Shown piece after piece: positions 40,600-52,590 of a stretch of 64,000 nt of DNA (within the stretch, counting starts at the first letter, position 1; the number at the start of each line of letters is the position of its first letter). The DNA is from Octopus vulgaris (lineage: Eukaryota), in the NCBI GenBank assembly GCA_951406725.2, contig OX597842.1:4092001-4156000 (forward strand). The letters run 5' to 3'. The notes below the pieces were generated by a model, which was not told the DNA's origin, searched no databases, and saw only the letters and a program-made list of their open reading frames with translations. A program made the position numbers and the translations under genes.

Positions 40600-41038
40600 A
40601 AAAAATGAAGGCGAAGCGACAAGCTGCGACACGAACTCCTGGCGCCTGCTTTGCATAGCTGCGCCTGACGGTTGTAGCAATCTGTTGGTCGTGCAAACTA
40701 CAAGCAAGCAGTTTGCGAATCTCTAATTGTGTTTTTGCGGTGGAAGGAAAAAGCAGAAAGCTTCGTCGGAACTTTTTAAAACCAATTCTTTTCTTTCTCT
40801 CCAAGAATTGCCATCGCCAACTTCTTTATCCAGTCACTTAACGTTTAATCCAAGAGATTATTACCACACAGCTGGGTGTATAAAATTATATATATACACA
40901 TATTATATATATATACATATATATATATACACGCACACACACACATATATAGTTATCTCTCTCTCTCTCTCTCTCTGCTAGTATGCCTTTTCGTTGATCG
41001 AATCTATTTTAGAGAGGGAGAGAGCAGTACGTATACAG
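40600..41038 (+). other. Candidate non-coding first exon or promoter region
   Basis: CpG-rich unique sequence at 40600-40870 and a donor-like CAG|GTACGT at 41038/41039, about 800 bp upstream of the exon at 41845. Confidence 0.3.
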
Positions 41039-41146
41039 GTACGTATATATATATGCATGTATGTATATTCACACGTATAAATGTATTGTATAGATGCATA
41101 TAAAATCTAAAAAGAAAACGTCGTTGGATTTTATATACACACACAC

Positions 41147-41186
<40 letters not shown>

Positions 41187-41379
41187 TTGTGTGACATGAA
41201 GTTTATATAGACACACACCCCTATATATGTGCGTGTGTATATATATACACACGCACGCACACACACACATACGTTGCGTTCCCATTTCTTCAACTGGAGC
41301 AACTTCGAAAAATGGTAAAAGTTTGTAGTCTATGAAAATATGAAAAAAGAAAAGAAATTGCCTTCAGATTGTGTGTGTG

Positions 41380-41463
<84 letters not shown>

Positions 41464-41583
41464 ATGCATCAAATTGTTATAATTTCTTATAAATTATATT
41501 ACAAAAACACACACACACATAGTAATTCTATCTACCTATCTATTTATCCCGTCTGTGTTTAGCCCCTTGTGGGTAGTAAAGAA

Positions 41584-41631
<48 letters not shown>

Positions 41632-41716
41632 TTTGATGCATACAAATTGTTATAATTTCTTATAAATTATATTACAAAAACACACACACACATAGTAATT
41701 CTATCTACCTATCTAT

Positions 41717-41748
<32 letters not shown>

Positions 41749-41873
41749 AGTATAGTATGCTGTGTCGATTTTTGTTATATATAACAATGTTACTTGTAAT
41801 AATAATAATAACCATCGTTTCTATTTTTCTTTCTTCTCTGCCAGGTGTACAAACTTTAGGATTTTTTTAAATT

Positions 41874-41958
41874 ATGGTATTTCAAAACCAGAAAATGGAA
41901 CTATTACACGGGAATATTATTTTTTACCTTCTTATTTTGTGGATTTTTATACATTCAG
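41874..41958 (+). CDS. First coding exon of an unidentified secreted or membrane protein (probable signal peptide); exon 41845-41958
   Basis: Polypyrimidine acceptor TTTCTATTTTTCTTTCTTCTCTGCCAG|41845; in-frame ATGs at 41874 and 41895; peptide MVFQNQKMELLHGNIIFYLLILWIFIHS; perfect donor CAG|GTAAGT at 41958/41959 in phase 1. Confidence 0.6.
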
Positions 41959-42033
41959 GTAAGTGTAAAATACATACATATAATCTTTCTTTGCTTGTAT
42001 ATACTTTTAAAATATATTAGATATGTTTATATA

Positions 42034-42222
42034 TACGAGGGAGTGATGAAAAGTTCCTAGTTTTGGGTAAAAGAAAATACAGGAGAATCAATTAATTATG
42101 ATTTTATTCAATATATTCATTCCCCTCTCAGACTCACCTGTGAAAGTACTGGGAAGGCTGGGCCTCCAGCCAGCCCTTTCGTGATACCCTTAAGCCTAGG
42201 GAATTTTCAGCACCCCTTTGTA
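42034..42222 (+). mobile_element. Mariner-derived MITE
   Basis: Imperfect TIRs TACGAGGGAGTGATGAAAAGTTCCTAG / CTAGGGAATTTTCAGCACCCCTTTGTA with TA at both ends. Confidence 0.8.
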
Positions 42223-42345
42223 TATATTCGTTCTTTGTGGTAATCTCTTATATATCTTTTTGGGATATGTATATATGTGGATATCTTAAATATGCGTGTG
42301 TGTTGGAAATTTTATATGTTTGACTAAAAAATTATCGTAACTTGC

Positions 42346-42386
42346 GTGAAGACCCTGTTCCTCTACAGGTAAAACCCCGGAGAAGC
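42346..42386 (+). ncRNA. Decayed hammerhead-like motif
   Basis: GUGAAGA-C-CCUGU[UCCUCU]ACAGG-U-AAAAC-CCCGG; perfect 5-bp stem II but several core mutations. Confidence 0.3.
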
Positions 42387-42563
42387 ATAAGACAAAATTA
42401 TATTATCAATCCCTAATCTGTTATTGAGAACTCCTTTCTTCCAACAGCCAACCCTAAATCTTATCTACTATGTTACTAAAGCACAAAAAACACTTCACAA
42501 ACTGGTTACTCGGTTTCACCTAACCGATCGTCAGACAATTTTTATAATACAAACTTGCAAAGA

Positions 42564-42602
<39 letters not shown>

Positions 42603-42639
42603 CATATATGATTTGACTAGAAAATATAGACGCTCATTA

Positions 42640-42678
<39 letters not shown>

Positions 42679-43272
42679 TTATAAATGCATACACACACTC
42701 TGTGTCCGTACACGCACACATACACGCACACACTTGGCAGAAAAAAAATATTGTGACTCCTGCTATGGGATTAGAACCACACTTCTATCTCTTACCGGTT
42801 AATCTGAAAATAAGGTGTGTGTGTGTGTGTGTGTGTAGGACGTGATTTGAGAAATATTTGGTTACTATTTCTAGGATATCTGGCAACCATGTCGTGATAT
42901 TCCTCATTGATTGATATAGTACCAGTCATACGCTGCAGCCGTGGTTGGGTCATGTTAGGAAGGCGGCGGATAAGTTTAAAAGCCATAACTGTGACACAAG
43001 AACGCTGTCGTAGAGATTACCTATTATTGACCGGGTATGTGCGATCGTACCCGTACCCGATGCGTGATAGCAGCAGATGAATCAGTCTGCAAAAGCGGAT
43101 AGCTTAATCGATAAAGAACCGGGTAAATTGATTTGAAGTATATTTAGTTCACACTTAGCTTTGCATTCTGAGTTCAAATGCGGCTGAAGACGGACTTTTC
43201 ATTTCGGCCTTTGGAACCGATAAAATACTACTATACCAGTGGCGGGCGTGTATATGTATGTATGATATATAT

Positions 43273-43560
43273 CACCGTGATCACGCTCTCAGATGTTGCT
43301 ACACACCGCTGGTCACAATGCGCTACGCATTATTTTAGCCTTCAAATGACGCTACCCCGCTGGCTAAGCCAACAGCAGAGAGAGTGAGAGAAAGTTGTGG
43401 CGGAAGAGTACAGCTGGGATCGCCACCCACCCATGCCAGAGCCTCGCGGGGCTTTTTAGGTGTTTTCGCTCGATAAACACTCACAACGCCCGGTCTGGGA
43501 ATCGAAACCGCGATCCTACGACCGCGAGTCCGCTGCCCTAACCACTGGACCATTGCGCCT

Positions 43561-43564
<4 letters not shown>
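43273..43564 (-). mobile_element. tRNA-headed SINE family C2
   Basis: The minus strand starts GTGGAGGCGCAATGGTCCAGTGGTTAGGGCAGCGGACTCGCGGTCGTAGGATCGCGGTTTCGATTCCC (A and B boxes). A related copy lies at 59188-59476. Confidence 0.85.
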
Positions 43565-43602
<38 letters not shown>

Positions 43603-43663
43603 GTTGATGAAAACAGGAAAAATAGAACTGAAATATATGTATATTTTTATTAATATTTAGCAG

Positions 43664-43755
43664 AAGAGTGACTCAAGGTCCGAGAGTTTCGTGTGTTGGC
43701 ACTTATCAAACTTTTTGATAGTGTCAACGCACGAAACTCTCGGACCTTGAGTCAC
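43664..43755. ncRNA. Palindrome of two inverted decayed type I hammerheads
   Basis: Arms at 43668-43710 and 43714-43755. The minus strand reads AAAAGU-UUGAUAA-GUG[CCAACA]CAC-GAA-ACUC[UCGGACCUU]GAGU-C-ACUCUU. Confidence 0.6.
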
Positions 43756-43785
43756 CCAGTTACTTCTAATGTATAGATATATATG

Positions 43786-44220
43786 GGCGCAGGCATAGCT
43801 GTGTGTTAAGAAATTTGTTTTCCAACCCCATGGTTTTCGGCTCAGTCGCACTGTGGAACACCTTGGGCAAGTGTACTTTACGATACAGCCTTGGGCCGAC
43901 TAAAGCTTTGTGAGTGGATTTGGTAGGCGGAAACTGAAAGAAGCCCATGGGAGATATATGTGTGTGTCTATGTGCCCACCACTACCATCAACGTGTGTTA
44001 GTGTATTTACGTGCCTCTCACCCAGCGTTTCTGCAAAATAGACGCCGATAGAATAAGCACCAGGCTCTAAAAGAATATAATATATATATATATAAATTTG
44101 TGTGGTAAGTAGCTTGCTTACCGATCACTTGGTTCCGGGTTCAGTCCCACTACTATAGCCCCGGGACGACCAAAGCCTTGTGAGTGGAGTTGGTAGACGG
44201 AAACTGAAAGAAATCCGTCG

Positions 44221-44260
<40 letters not shown>

Positions 44261-44475
44261 TAATGTATGTCTGTATATATGTTTGTGTGTCTGTGTTTGT
44301 CCCCCAACATCGCTTGACAACCGATGGTGGTATGTTTACGTCCCCGTAACTCAGCGGTTCGGCAAAAAGAGACCGATAGAATAAGTACTAGGTTTACAAA
44401 GAATAAGTCCTGGGGTCGGTTTACACAACTAAAGGCGGTGCTCCAGCATGGCCACAGTCAAATGACTGAAACAAT
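43786..44475 (+). mobile_element. Two adjacent SINE family A copies (43786-44070 and 44099-44475)
   Basis: Two heads with B-box/CORE-like segments; the second ends CAGTCAAATGACTGAAACAA. Confidence 0.87.
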
Positions 44476-45463
44476 ATATATATATGTATATATATATAAA
44501 ATTGTGGACTTTGCTTTGCAGACGACAGCCTGGGTCTCTGCAATTCCTTGTTGAACAATCTGCACAGATGTTTTTATTTTCCTAGTGATCGAATGCTGTT
44601 GCTGTAGATTAACTCACTCCTTCAGCAGATCGATATTGCTTGCACAGGTGCACAAGTGTTCCACACGTCAGATGTCGAAGTGATTGCAGAAGAGGGAAAC
44701 GAAACTAAGTGTCTTGCTCAAGAACACAACACACCGCCCGGTCCGGGCGTGGTAACTACACTCTTGCGTACCACGAAGGCCACGTGTCTTCAGCGTGCAC
44801 GTACGCACACGTGACCCGGCGGCACATCGGGGGGGGGGGTGACAGCTGGAGGGAGAAAGAGGGTCGCGTCAGCACTAGGATGATACTCGTTTACAGCTGA
44901 GTAAAACTGAAGTGGCATTAAATGAAGTGCGTTGCTTGAGGCCACAATGTACCGCCCGCTCTTGGAATCGAACACACGATCTTACAATCGCCAGAATGGA
45001 AGCCGAACCTCTATCTCCACACACACACTTACACGCCTTCATACACACGCACATGCGTGCATTCACACACGCACACATTCACTCACACGCTCGTACACAC
45101 ACTCACACACACACACCCTTGCGCACACACGCATTCGTGCGCGAGCGCACACACATATACACACACGCAAAACATACGCGCATGCACACTCGCACAAGTA
45201 TGTGATCGTATTTTAATTAATGTAGAATATTCATCAATACTTGTTAATTTTTCCCCTTTTATACTATACAGTCACTACACACACACACGCACGTAGTTTC
45301 TTGTATCTACTTTGTTTTATTCTTGTATTTTCGTCTTCAATGCTGCCCTTAACGTTTTAGGCCATAGTGACCAATAAAAATGACTCCACAGAGCTAACCT
45401 TTATAAACTTAGATCCTCGTTTCTGTCTTTACTCTGGACCGGCCCTTGTAATCAATACAAAAC

Positions 45464-45495
<32 letters not shown>

Positions 45496-46831
45496 GTATT
45501 AATAATAATAAACGTGGGCTCCTGAACCCTTTAATAACCAGTGTGTTTCCACCACTCATGTAAAGATAGCGAACCCTCGAGGCGATTTCATCTCTCCTAG
45601 CTCCGAAGTGTATATTGTGTATGTTACAATACATTTATAAAGGGACTTTTCCTGGGCGAAAACCGCAGCCTATAATAGCTTTTCAGACACACACACAGAC
45701 CTTAATATGTTGCATTGGTAAAGTTTTTACACTTAAACGCATTTCTTTATTCATTGTATACGCCCTTCTTTTGAACACAAACTTTTCAGGTGCTTTCCTT
45801 TGTGTCACGTCCCTAACCATCTTCTAATTTCAACGGAGCTTTGGAATAATCATCTTTCGAGGCCCCATACTTCATGAGAATTAAAAAGGAATTGAGGAAC
45901 AGTGCAAAATTTAAACCTTAACGCTTTACCTGTCCACATCATTTCATAGACTTACGTCGTAGTTCGACCTTTGTATACATTCTGCGTAAAATAAGCTTTC
46001 TTTCCGTAATTCTTACGTTACTCTTACACTGGTCGTTGAAAAATAGTTGGAAATGTGTATGATACATGCATGGATACGAGGGAAATATGTCTTGTGTATC
46101 AATCTTTAAATCTTAAGGTCTTGCAGACTTTTATAGTCCCAGATATCGTGATTATTTGTAGTGAATGAATTTTGCGTTCCCTCCCCAAGAATTCAAAGGG
46201 TTTGGCCATACTTTGCTCCAGACGGTTCCGTATGTATCATGTTGTTCGAATAATAAATATTAAGTATGACGCTTCGGATGTATCTTGGGTATGGGTATTG
46301 GATTAGCAAACCCCTTATCAAGGTTCATAGATGTTTTCTTTGTGTATATATGTATGTGTCTGTGTGCGCGCACTCACACACACTCATACACACATGCACA
46401 CATATAGTGGATGCACACAGGATGAAATGGTGAAAAGGTTCGTTTTCGCAACAAAGATGTCTCGGGTTCGATTCTACTGCGTGAGTCTTTCACAACAGCC
46501 TTTCAGCGACCGAAATGAAGCGAGTGAATTTGTCCGACCCGTGGCCATAAAAAATAAAATTGGTCCGAGATGCTACTCAGTGGGATCGAAAGCGGGACCT
46601 CGTAGTTGCGAAGCATTTATGTATATAACAAATATAAACGCAGTATGGCCAAATGATTCATATGTTCGCCTCATTTCCACGGGTTCTGGGTTCGCTCCCA
46701 ACGCATGGCATCTTCAGCGACTATTATTTTCTATTGCCATGGTTGACGGAAACTGCATAGAAGCTTGCGTGAAATATAAAGATATATATGTATTTGTGTG
46801 TGTATGTTTGTATAGTGTGTGCGTATTTATA

Positions 46832-47090
46832 AATAAAATAAATGCGCCCTTTTAAAGCCTAGCCATGCTCATGGGTCCGGTTTCCCGGTTTCTATGGCGT
46901 ATGTGTTCCCCAGCTGTACAGGACGCCAGTCCATCGCAGCGTTACTCATTTTTGCCAGCTGAGTGGACTGGAGCAACATGAAATGAAGTATTTTGCTCAA
47001 GAACACAACGCATCGCCCGGTCCAGGAATCGAAACCACAATCTCACGATCATGATGCTGACACCCTAACCACTAAGCCACGCGCCTCCAC
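46832..47090 (-). mobile_element. tRNA-headed SINE family C (V-domain-like segment, ATTT tail)
   Basis: Minus strand: GTGGAGGCGCGTGGCTTAGTGGTTAGG..GGTTTCGATTCC..GCTCCAGTCCACTCAGCTG..CTGCGATGGACTGGCGTCC..GGCGCATTTATTT. Confidence 0.88.
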
Positions 47091-49092
47091 GATTTTATAT
47101 GTAATATATGGTAAATAAACATACACACACGACGTGCTTCTTTCAGTTTCCGTCTACCAAATCTATAGTAAAGGGTGCCACGAAGTGGGATTGAACCTGG
47201 AACCATGTGGTTAGAAAGCAGACTTCTCCTGTTTCTATTTTAGAAACAGCTGATAGACTTTTTTTCTCCTTTGTCCTCTTATAATAACGAAAATTGCTGA
47301 GACAGATTCAGCGTAACAAGGTCGTACCTTTTTTTTAATTACGGGTACAATTCATCCGATTGGCTTCTGTGCAGTTTTCATCTACATGATTTCAGTCACT
47401 AAATATGGGTCCACTTGAGGTTATAGGAAATGACATTTGCGCAAGATGCCACGCAGGAATATTGAAACCGCGACCTCTTGGTTGCCAATGAGTTTCTTAA
47501 ACGCTTAGCCAAATCACGCACTCACTCACGCATAGTAGGTACATAGTACATATATACGTACACATACATGCACGTACACATAAACGTATGCATACATACA
47601 TGTACTTACACGTACAACCACATTCACATACAGACATACATACATACACACGCATACACACTCTTACACACGTACGCTGTTATGTTCTCATACACACATA
47701 CTTTGTTATACATACACATCACAAATACACAACACATACATCCTCACATACATGTGAACACACATTCATACATACACATATACATGCACATACATACATA
47801 CACCCAGACATATACCTAGACGCACGTTTAGACACACACACACACAAACAAAATCCACAGAGCTTACTATCTTACGTATTATTATACATTTAATAAATCC
47901 ATGTACACATGTGGCTCACACATGTAGCCCTGTGAGATCAGAAGGTCGCTTCTTCATTACAGAGGTTCTGGTTTCGATTCCATGTCGCAGCTTCTTTAGC
48001 AAGTTCCTCTTGCCAATGTTTTCTGCGTGATATTCGGTAGACGGAAACTGTTTGGAAGCCCGCTATGTGTGCATGTGCGTTCGAGGTAGGCGCAAGCACG
48101 GCTTACACTCACTTGCAACCACATTGTTCTGAGTTCAATCCTGCTTCACGGAACACTAGGCTTGTGTCTTTTTTTACTAATACCCCCAAGAACTATCGAT
48201 GCCTCGCAAGTGAATTTGGTAGATGGATCTACATGAAAACCAGTATATAAATATAATGTATAATTAGTCTTTTAGCTTAATGGTACAGAGCACTCAGCCA
48301 GAATTCGATAGGTGCAGGGTTCGATTCCCTGTGAGGCTTGCTGGCCACTTATTCTGGCACTGAGTGCTCAAGCATGGCCACAACCTTTGGGCTGAAACAT
48401 AAAAGAAATAAAATGTGTGCGTGTGTTTGGGCCCCTCCCCCCACGACCACTGCATGACAACCAGTGTTGCTTTGTTTACATCCCAGTGACATAACGGTTC
48501 CGGAAAGGAGGCTTAGAATAAGAAAAATAAGTTCGGAGGGATCGATTTGTTTTACTAAAGATCCTTCAATGTGGTGTCCCAGCATGGCCGCAGTCCAATG
48601 ACAGAAACAAGTAAAAAATAAGTTACACACACACACATGCTTTATATTCTGAGTAGATAATTTTAATGAGAGATTCTGACCGGCAAGATAATTACTGAAA
48701 AACCCAGTACGCTGAACCAATCAATACACTTAGTTATGTTTGTTCTGCCCGAGTTGCGCAGACATTCCCCGTCTGTAATGCAGTGTGACCCATCGATCGC
48801 TCCCGTTTTCGATAGGAACTAGTAACCAACGAAGTTATTGGTCACCCTATTAGCTAAACACATAAGACATAAATGTAATGTGTAAACACACCCTTACGGC
48901 CTTCAGTGGCCCCTTTTATAGTGAGCTTGTCGAGGAAGAGATTTCACTGTTCTAGTGACCCCCATAGAATCTCCCGCGTGGTCCCCTATTTTAAAAAACA
49001 GTAAGGAGTTGAGGGATGGTTTGGCTATTATATTTAAGGTCAAGTGGCTACCTAGTAGCCCCTTCACTAAGTTCCTGATAACCCTATTTTAA

Positions 49093-49570
49093 AGTGGAGG
49101 CGCGTAGCGTAATGGTTAGGGTGGTTGGATTCATGATCATAAGACTGTGGTTTCGATTCCTGGACCAAGCGATACGTTGTGTTCCTGAGCAAAGCCCTTC
49201 CTTTCCACTCAGCTGGTAGAAATAAGTAACCCTGTGACGGACCGGCATCACGTCCCTGAAGGAATACATCAAATAATAAATGCACCCTTTAAAGCCTAGT
49301 CAGGCTCATGGGCCCGGTTTCCCGGTTTCCATGGCATATGTGTTCCCCAGCTGGATGGGACGCCAGTCCATCGCAGCGTTACTCATTTTTGCCAGCTGAG
49401 TGGACTGGAGCAACGTGAAATGAAGTGTTTTGCTCAAGAACACAACGCGTCGCCCGGTCCAGGAATCGAAACCACAATCTTTACGATCATGATGCTGGCA
49501 CCCTAACCACAAAGCCACGCACCTCCACGAAGGAATGCATACACCAGAGAAACCAGGAAACCGGCCCTGT
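49093..49570. mobile_element. Minus-strand family C copy (49270-49528) nested in a plus-strand family C copy, TSD of about 12 bp
   Basis: GAAGGAATACAT at 49258-49269 and GAAGGAATGCAT at 49529-49540. Confidence 0.82.
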
Positions 49571-49607
49571 GCTCCTTACAGAGTAAATGTGGACTAACCA
49601 GCTACAC

Positions 49608-49865
49608 AAGTGGCATGGCTTAGGGGTTAGGGTGTTAGACTCCTGATCGCAAGATTGCGGTTTCGATTCCTGGACCTGGTGATGCGTTGTGTTCTTGAGC
49701 AAAACACTTCATTTCACACCGTTCCAGTCCACCCAGTTAGTAAAAACGAATGACCCTGCGACGGATCGGCATCCCGTCAAGGGTAAGTTTGTGAATAAAT
49801 ATGCCGTGGAAACCGGGAAACTGGCCCCACGAGTCTGCAGAAACGGGGAAACTGGCCCTATGAGT
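49608..49865 (+). mobile_element. SINE family C
   Basis: GGCATGGCTTAGGGGTTAGGGTG..GTTTCGATTCCTGGACC..GAAACCGGGAAACTGGCCC. Confidence 0.82.
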
Positions 49866-50157
49866 CTATAGAACTCTGGAAGAGTCTTTGTCCCTTTTAA
49901 GACCAGTAGGGAGTTTGTTGAGGAGAGATTTGTTTATCATATAAAATAAGGTTAAGTGACAACATAGAAGATCCCTCACTAGTTCATGTGGTCCCTACTT
50001 TAAAGGGCAATAAATAGGGGTCTTTGTCTAAGGGGAATTTGAGTGTTACATTGATTATGTGATCCCCTCGTCCTTTTTTAAAGGCATCGGGGAATTTTAA
50101 GCTCGCTCCCTCGCTAAAATAATCCCTATTTCAAAGACAGTAAAGAATGCTGTGGCG

Positions 50158-50192
<35 letters not shown>

Positions 50193-50579
50193 CATACATA
50201 CACACATACACACACAAATATACATATATACACATACGCACGCGCTTCTGAATTCCAAAGGAGACGGATAAATAGTGTGTATATGTGTGTATATACCCAA
50301 CGTGTGTGAGTGAGTGTATATAGATATTATATATAGACGGGTGTTCGGCTTTAATTACAATAACTTTTAAGAACATTCCCGTGTCAAAAAAATATCAAAA
50401 CATTGGCTGGAATTGAAACCACATCCGCAGTGTTTGGTCGTCGTGAAATGAAAAAGCTGTCTTGTTTTGACATCTGGATGACTTTCTCAAATACAAAATA
50501 TGTCGTTTGTGTGTGTAAGAGAGAGAGAGAGAGAGAGAAAGAGACTAATGTGTGTGTGTGTGGTGTGCCTTTGTATGTA

Positions 50580-50610
<31 letters not shown>

Positions 50611-51080
50611 TGTAGTGTGCGTATGCGAGAGAGAAGGGGCAGACAGTCTAGTGTATGTGTGTGAGAGAGAGAGAGAAACGGACAGACTAGTGTGTGTGTA
50701 TGTGTGTGTGTGAGAGAGAGATTGAGAGAGGCAGACAGACTAGTGTGTGAGAGAGAGGGAAAGAGAGGCAGACAGACTAGTGTGTGTATGTGTGTGAAAG
50801 AGAGACAGACTAGTGTGTGTGTGAGAGAGAGAGAGGCAGACCAGTGTGTTTGAGACAGAGAAAATGTGTGTGTGTGTGTGTAAAGTTGTGTGTGAAAGAC
50901 AGACGGACATGGACTAATAAGTGTGTGCGGGGGGAAAGTGGGAGATAAGTGCGTGTGTGTGGTGAAGTTAAGTAATGTGTGAGTATATGTGATGTAAAAT
51001 GTGTGTGTGTGTGAGAGAGAGAGAGACAGACAAAGACTTGTGTATATGTCTATGTGCGACAGAGAGAGAGAGAGAGAGAG

Positions 51081-51143
51081 TATTTCTTTATTCACCATAA
51101 GGTTGAGAAAAAGAGGGGACAAAACAAACGTTGGGAGTCAGGG

Positions 51144-51147
<4 letters not shown>
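51081..51147 (-). mobile_element. Short LINE-like 3' tail inserted in (GA)n
   Basis: The minus strand ends TTGTCCCCTCTTTTTCTCAACCTTATGGTGAATAAAGAAATA, similar to the young family B tail. Confidence 0.5.
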
Positions 51148-51177
<30 letters not shown>

Positions 51178-51452
51178 CTGCGTGAGACGTGTGTGTGTCT
51201 TTGATAGTTTAAAATGCGGCTGTATGTGTAACCGTAGATATTTATAATACGCGTATGTCTTTGTGTGTGTGTGTGTGTTTATAAGTGCGTGCGGGAATAC
51301 CGTTTGTCTGTAGAAGGTCCCAGAGACGGTCTTCCATTTTTTGAAGCCTCTGTGTCGCTCGAAACGTTGCATACGACCCATTGCCTTGTTGCTATAAACT
51401 TGCCAAAGCATGCTCAATGTCTCTGTAGCCAACTTCCCAAGTTTTATACACT

Positions 51453-51762
51453 ATTTACATTATTTACATTTGATGGATATTTGTCCCCATCTTGTTTGTT
51501 GTTAACACATTTCAGCTGACATACCCTCCAAGCCTTTTTCGGGTGTCTTGGGGACATTTCGAACCTAGGTTCTCATTCCTAAGGTATTTTTCGATGTTGT
51601 TATTATTATTATGCCTACGGGCATATGGCGTAGTGGTTAAGAGCGCGGGCTACTAACCCCCAAGATTCCGCGTTCGATTCCAAGCAGTGACCTGAACAAA
51701 AGTAATAATAACAGCATTGAAAAATACCTTAGAAATGAGAACCCATGTTCGAAATTTCCCCA
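51453..51762. mobile_element. tRNA-headed element in inverted arrangement, carrying a decayed hammerhead
   Basis: tRNA-like head 51619-51692 (+) with A box TGGCGTAGTGG (51626) and B box GTTCGATTCC (51672). Its body 51700-51762 is the inverted copy of 51548-51612. The minus arm continues into ACAC-CCGAAAAA-GGCU..AGCU-GAAAU-GUGU (51504-51546). Confidence 0.6.
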
Positions 51763-52040
51763 TGTAATCGACTTAAACCCTTTGTCTGTCCTTGTTTGTC
51801 CCCTCTATGTTTAGCCCCTTGTGGGCAATAAAGAAATAAGAAACGTTAACACGCCGGGCGAAATGCTTAGTGGGTATTACGTCTGCCGTTACGTTCTGAG
51901 TTCGAATTCCGCCGAGATCGGCTTTGCCTTTCATCCTTTCGGGGTCGATTAATTAAGTACCAGTTACGCACTGGGGTCGATGTAATCGACTTAATCCCTT
52001 TGTCTGTCCTTGTTTGTCCCCTTGTGGGTAGCAAAGAAAT
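51762..52040 (+). mobile_element. Young SINE family B: tail fragment followed by a near-full copy
   Basis: The tail AATAAAGAAATA runs straight into AGAAACGTTAACACGCCGGGCG of the next copy. Confidence 0.88.
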
Positions 52041-52067
52041 ATATGTCTATATATAAAGGGTTGTATA

Positions 52068-52352
52068 GGCGCAGGCGTGGTTGTGTGGTTGTGTTGCTTC
52101 CCGGACAACATGGTCCTTGAGAATGGAGTGGGCATGGCACCTTTAACAAGTGTCTTCTATAGCCTTAGACTGAGAAAAGCCTTGTGAGCGGATTTGCTAA
52201 GGGGGAAACTGAAAAGAAGCCTGACGTGCATTTGTGTCTGTTTGTCCCCACCACCACTTGTCAACCAGTGTTGGTAACCTTACGGTTCAGCAAAAGAGAC
52301 CGATAGAATAGGTATCAAGCTTTAAAAAACAAAACATCCTCTTCAGGATATG

Positions 52353-52384
<32 letters not shown>

Positions 52385-52590
52385 GATAAGGCACAGGACA
52401 AGACACACACGAGAAAAGACACGCACACACACACGTGTGTGTGTGTGCTCCACCACTTAACCGGTGTTGGTGTGTTTATGTCCCGTAACCGAGCGGTTCA
52501 GCAAAAAAAGAATTGCTACAATAAGTACGAAGCTTTTAAAAAAATAGGTGCCCCAGCATGGCCACAGTTTAATGACTGCAACGAGTATAT
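52068..52590 (+). mobile_element. SINE family A, rearranged
   Basis: GGCGCAGGCGTGGTTGTGTGG head; the 3' half is present twice. Confidence 0.75.

Noticed and set aside
45300-45830. Acceptors at about 45360 and 45789 as the next coding exon after 41958
   Set aside because: Both reach a stop within a short distance and give no recognisable peptide.
51619-51692. Functional tRNA gene
   Set aside because: The acceptor and anticodon stems pair poorly, no T-run terminator follows, and it runs into a repeat body; treated as a SINE head.
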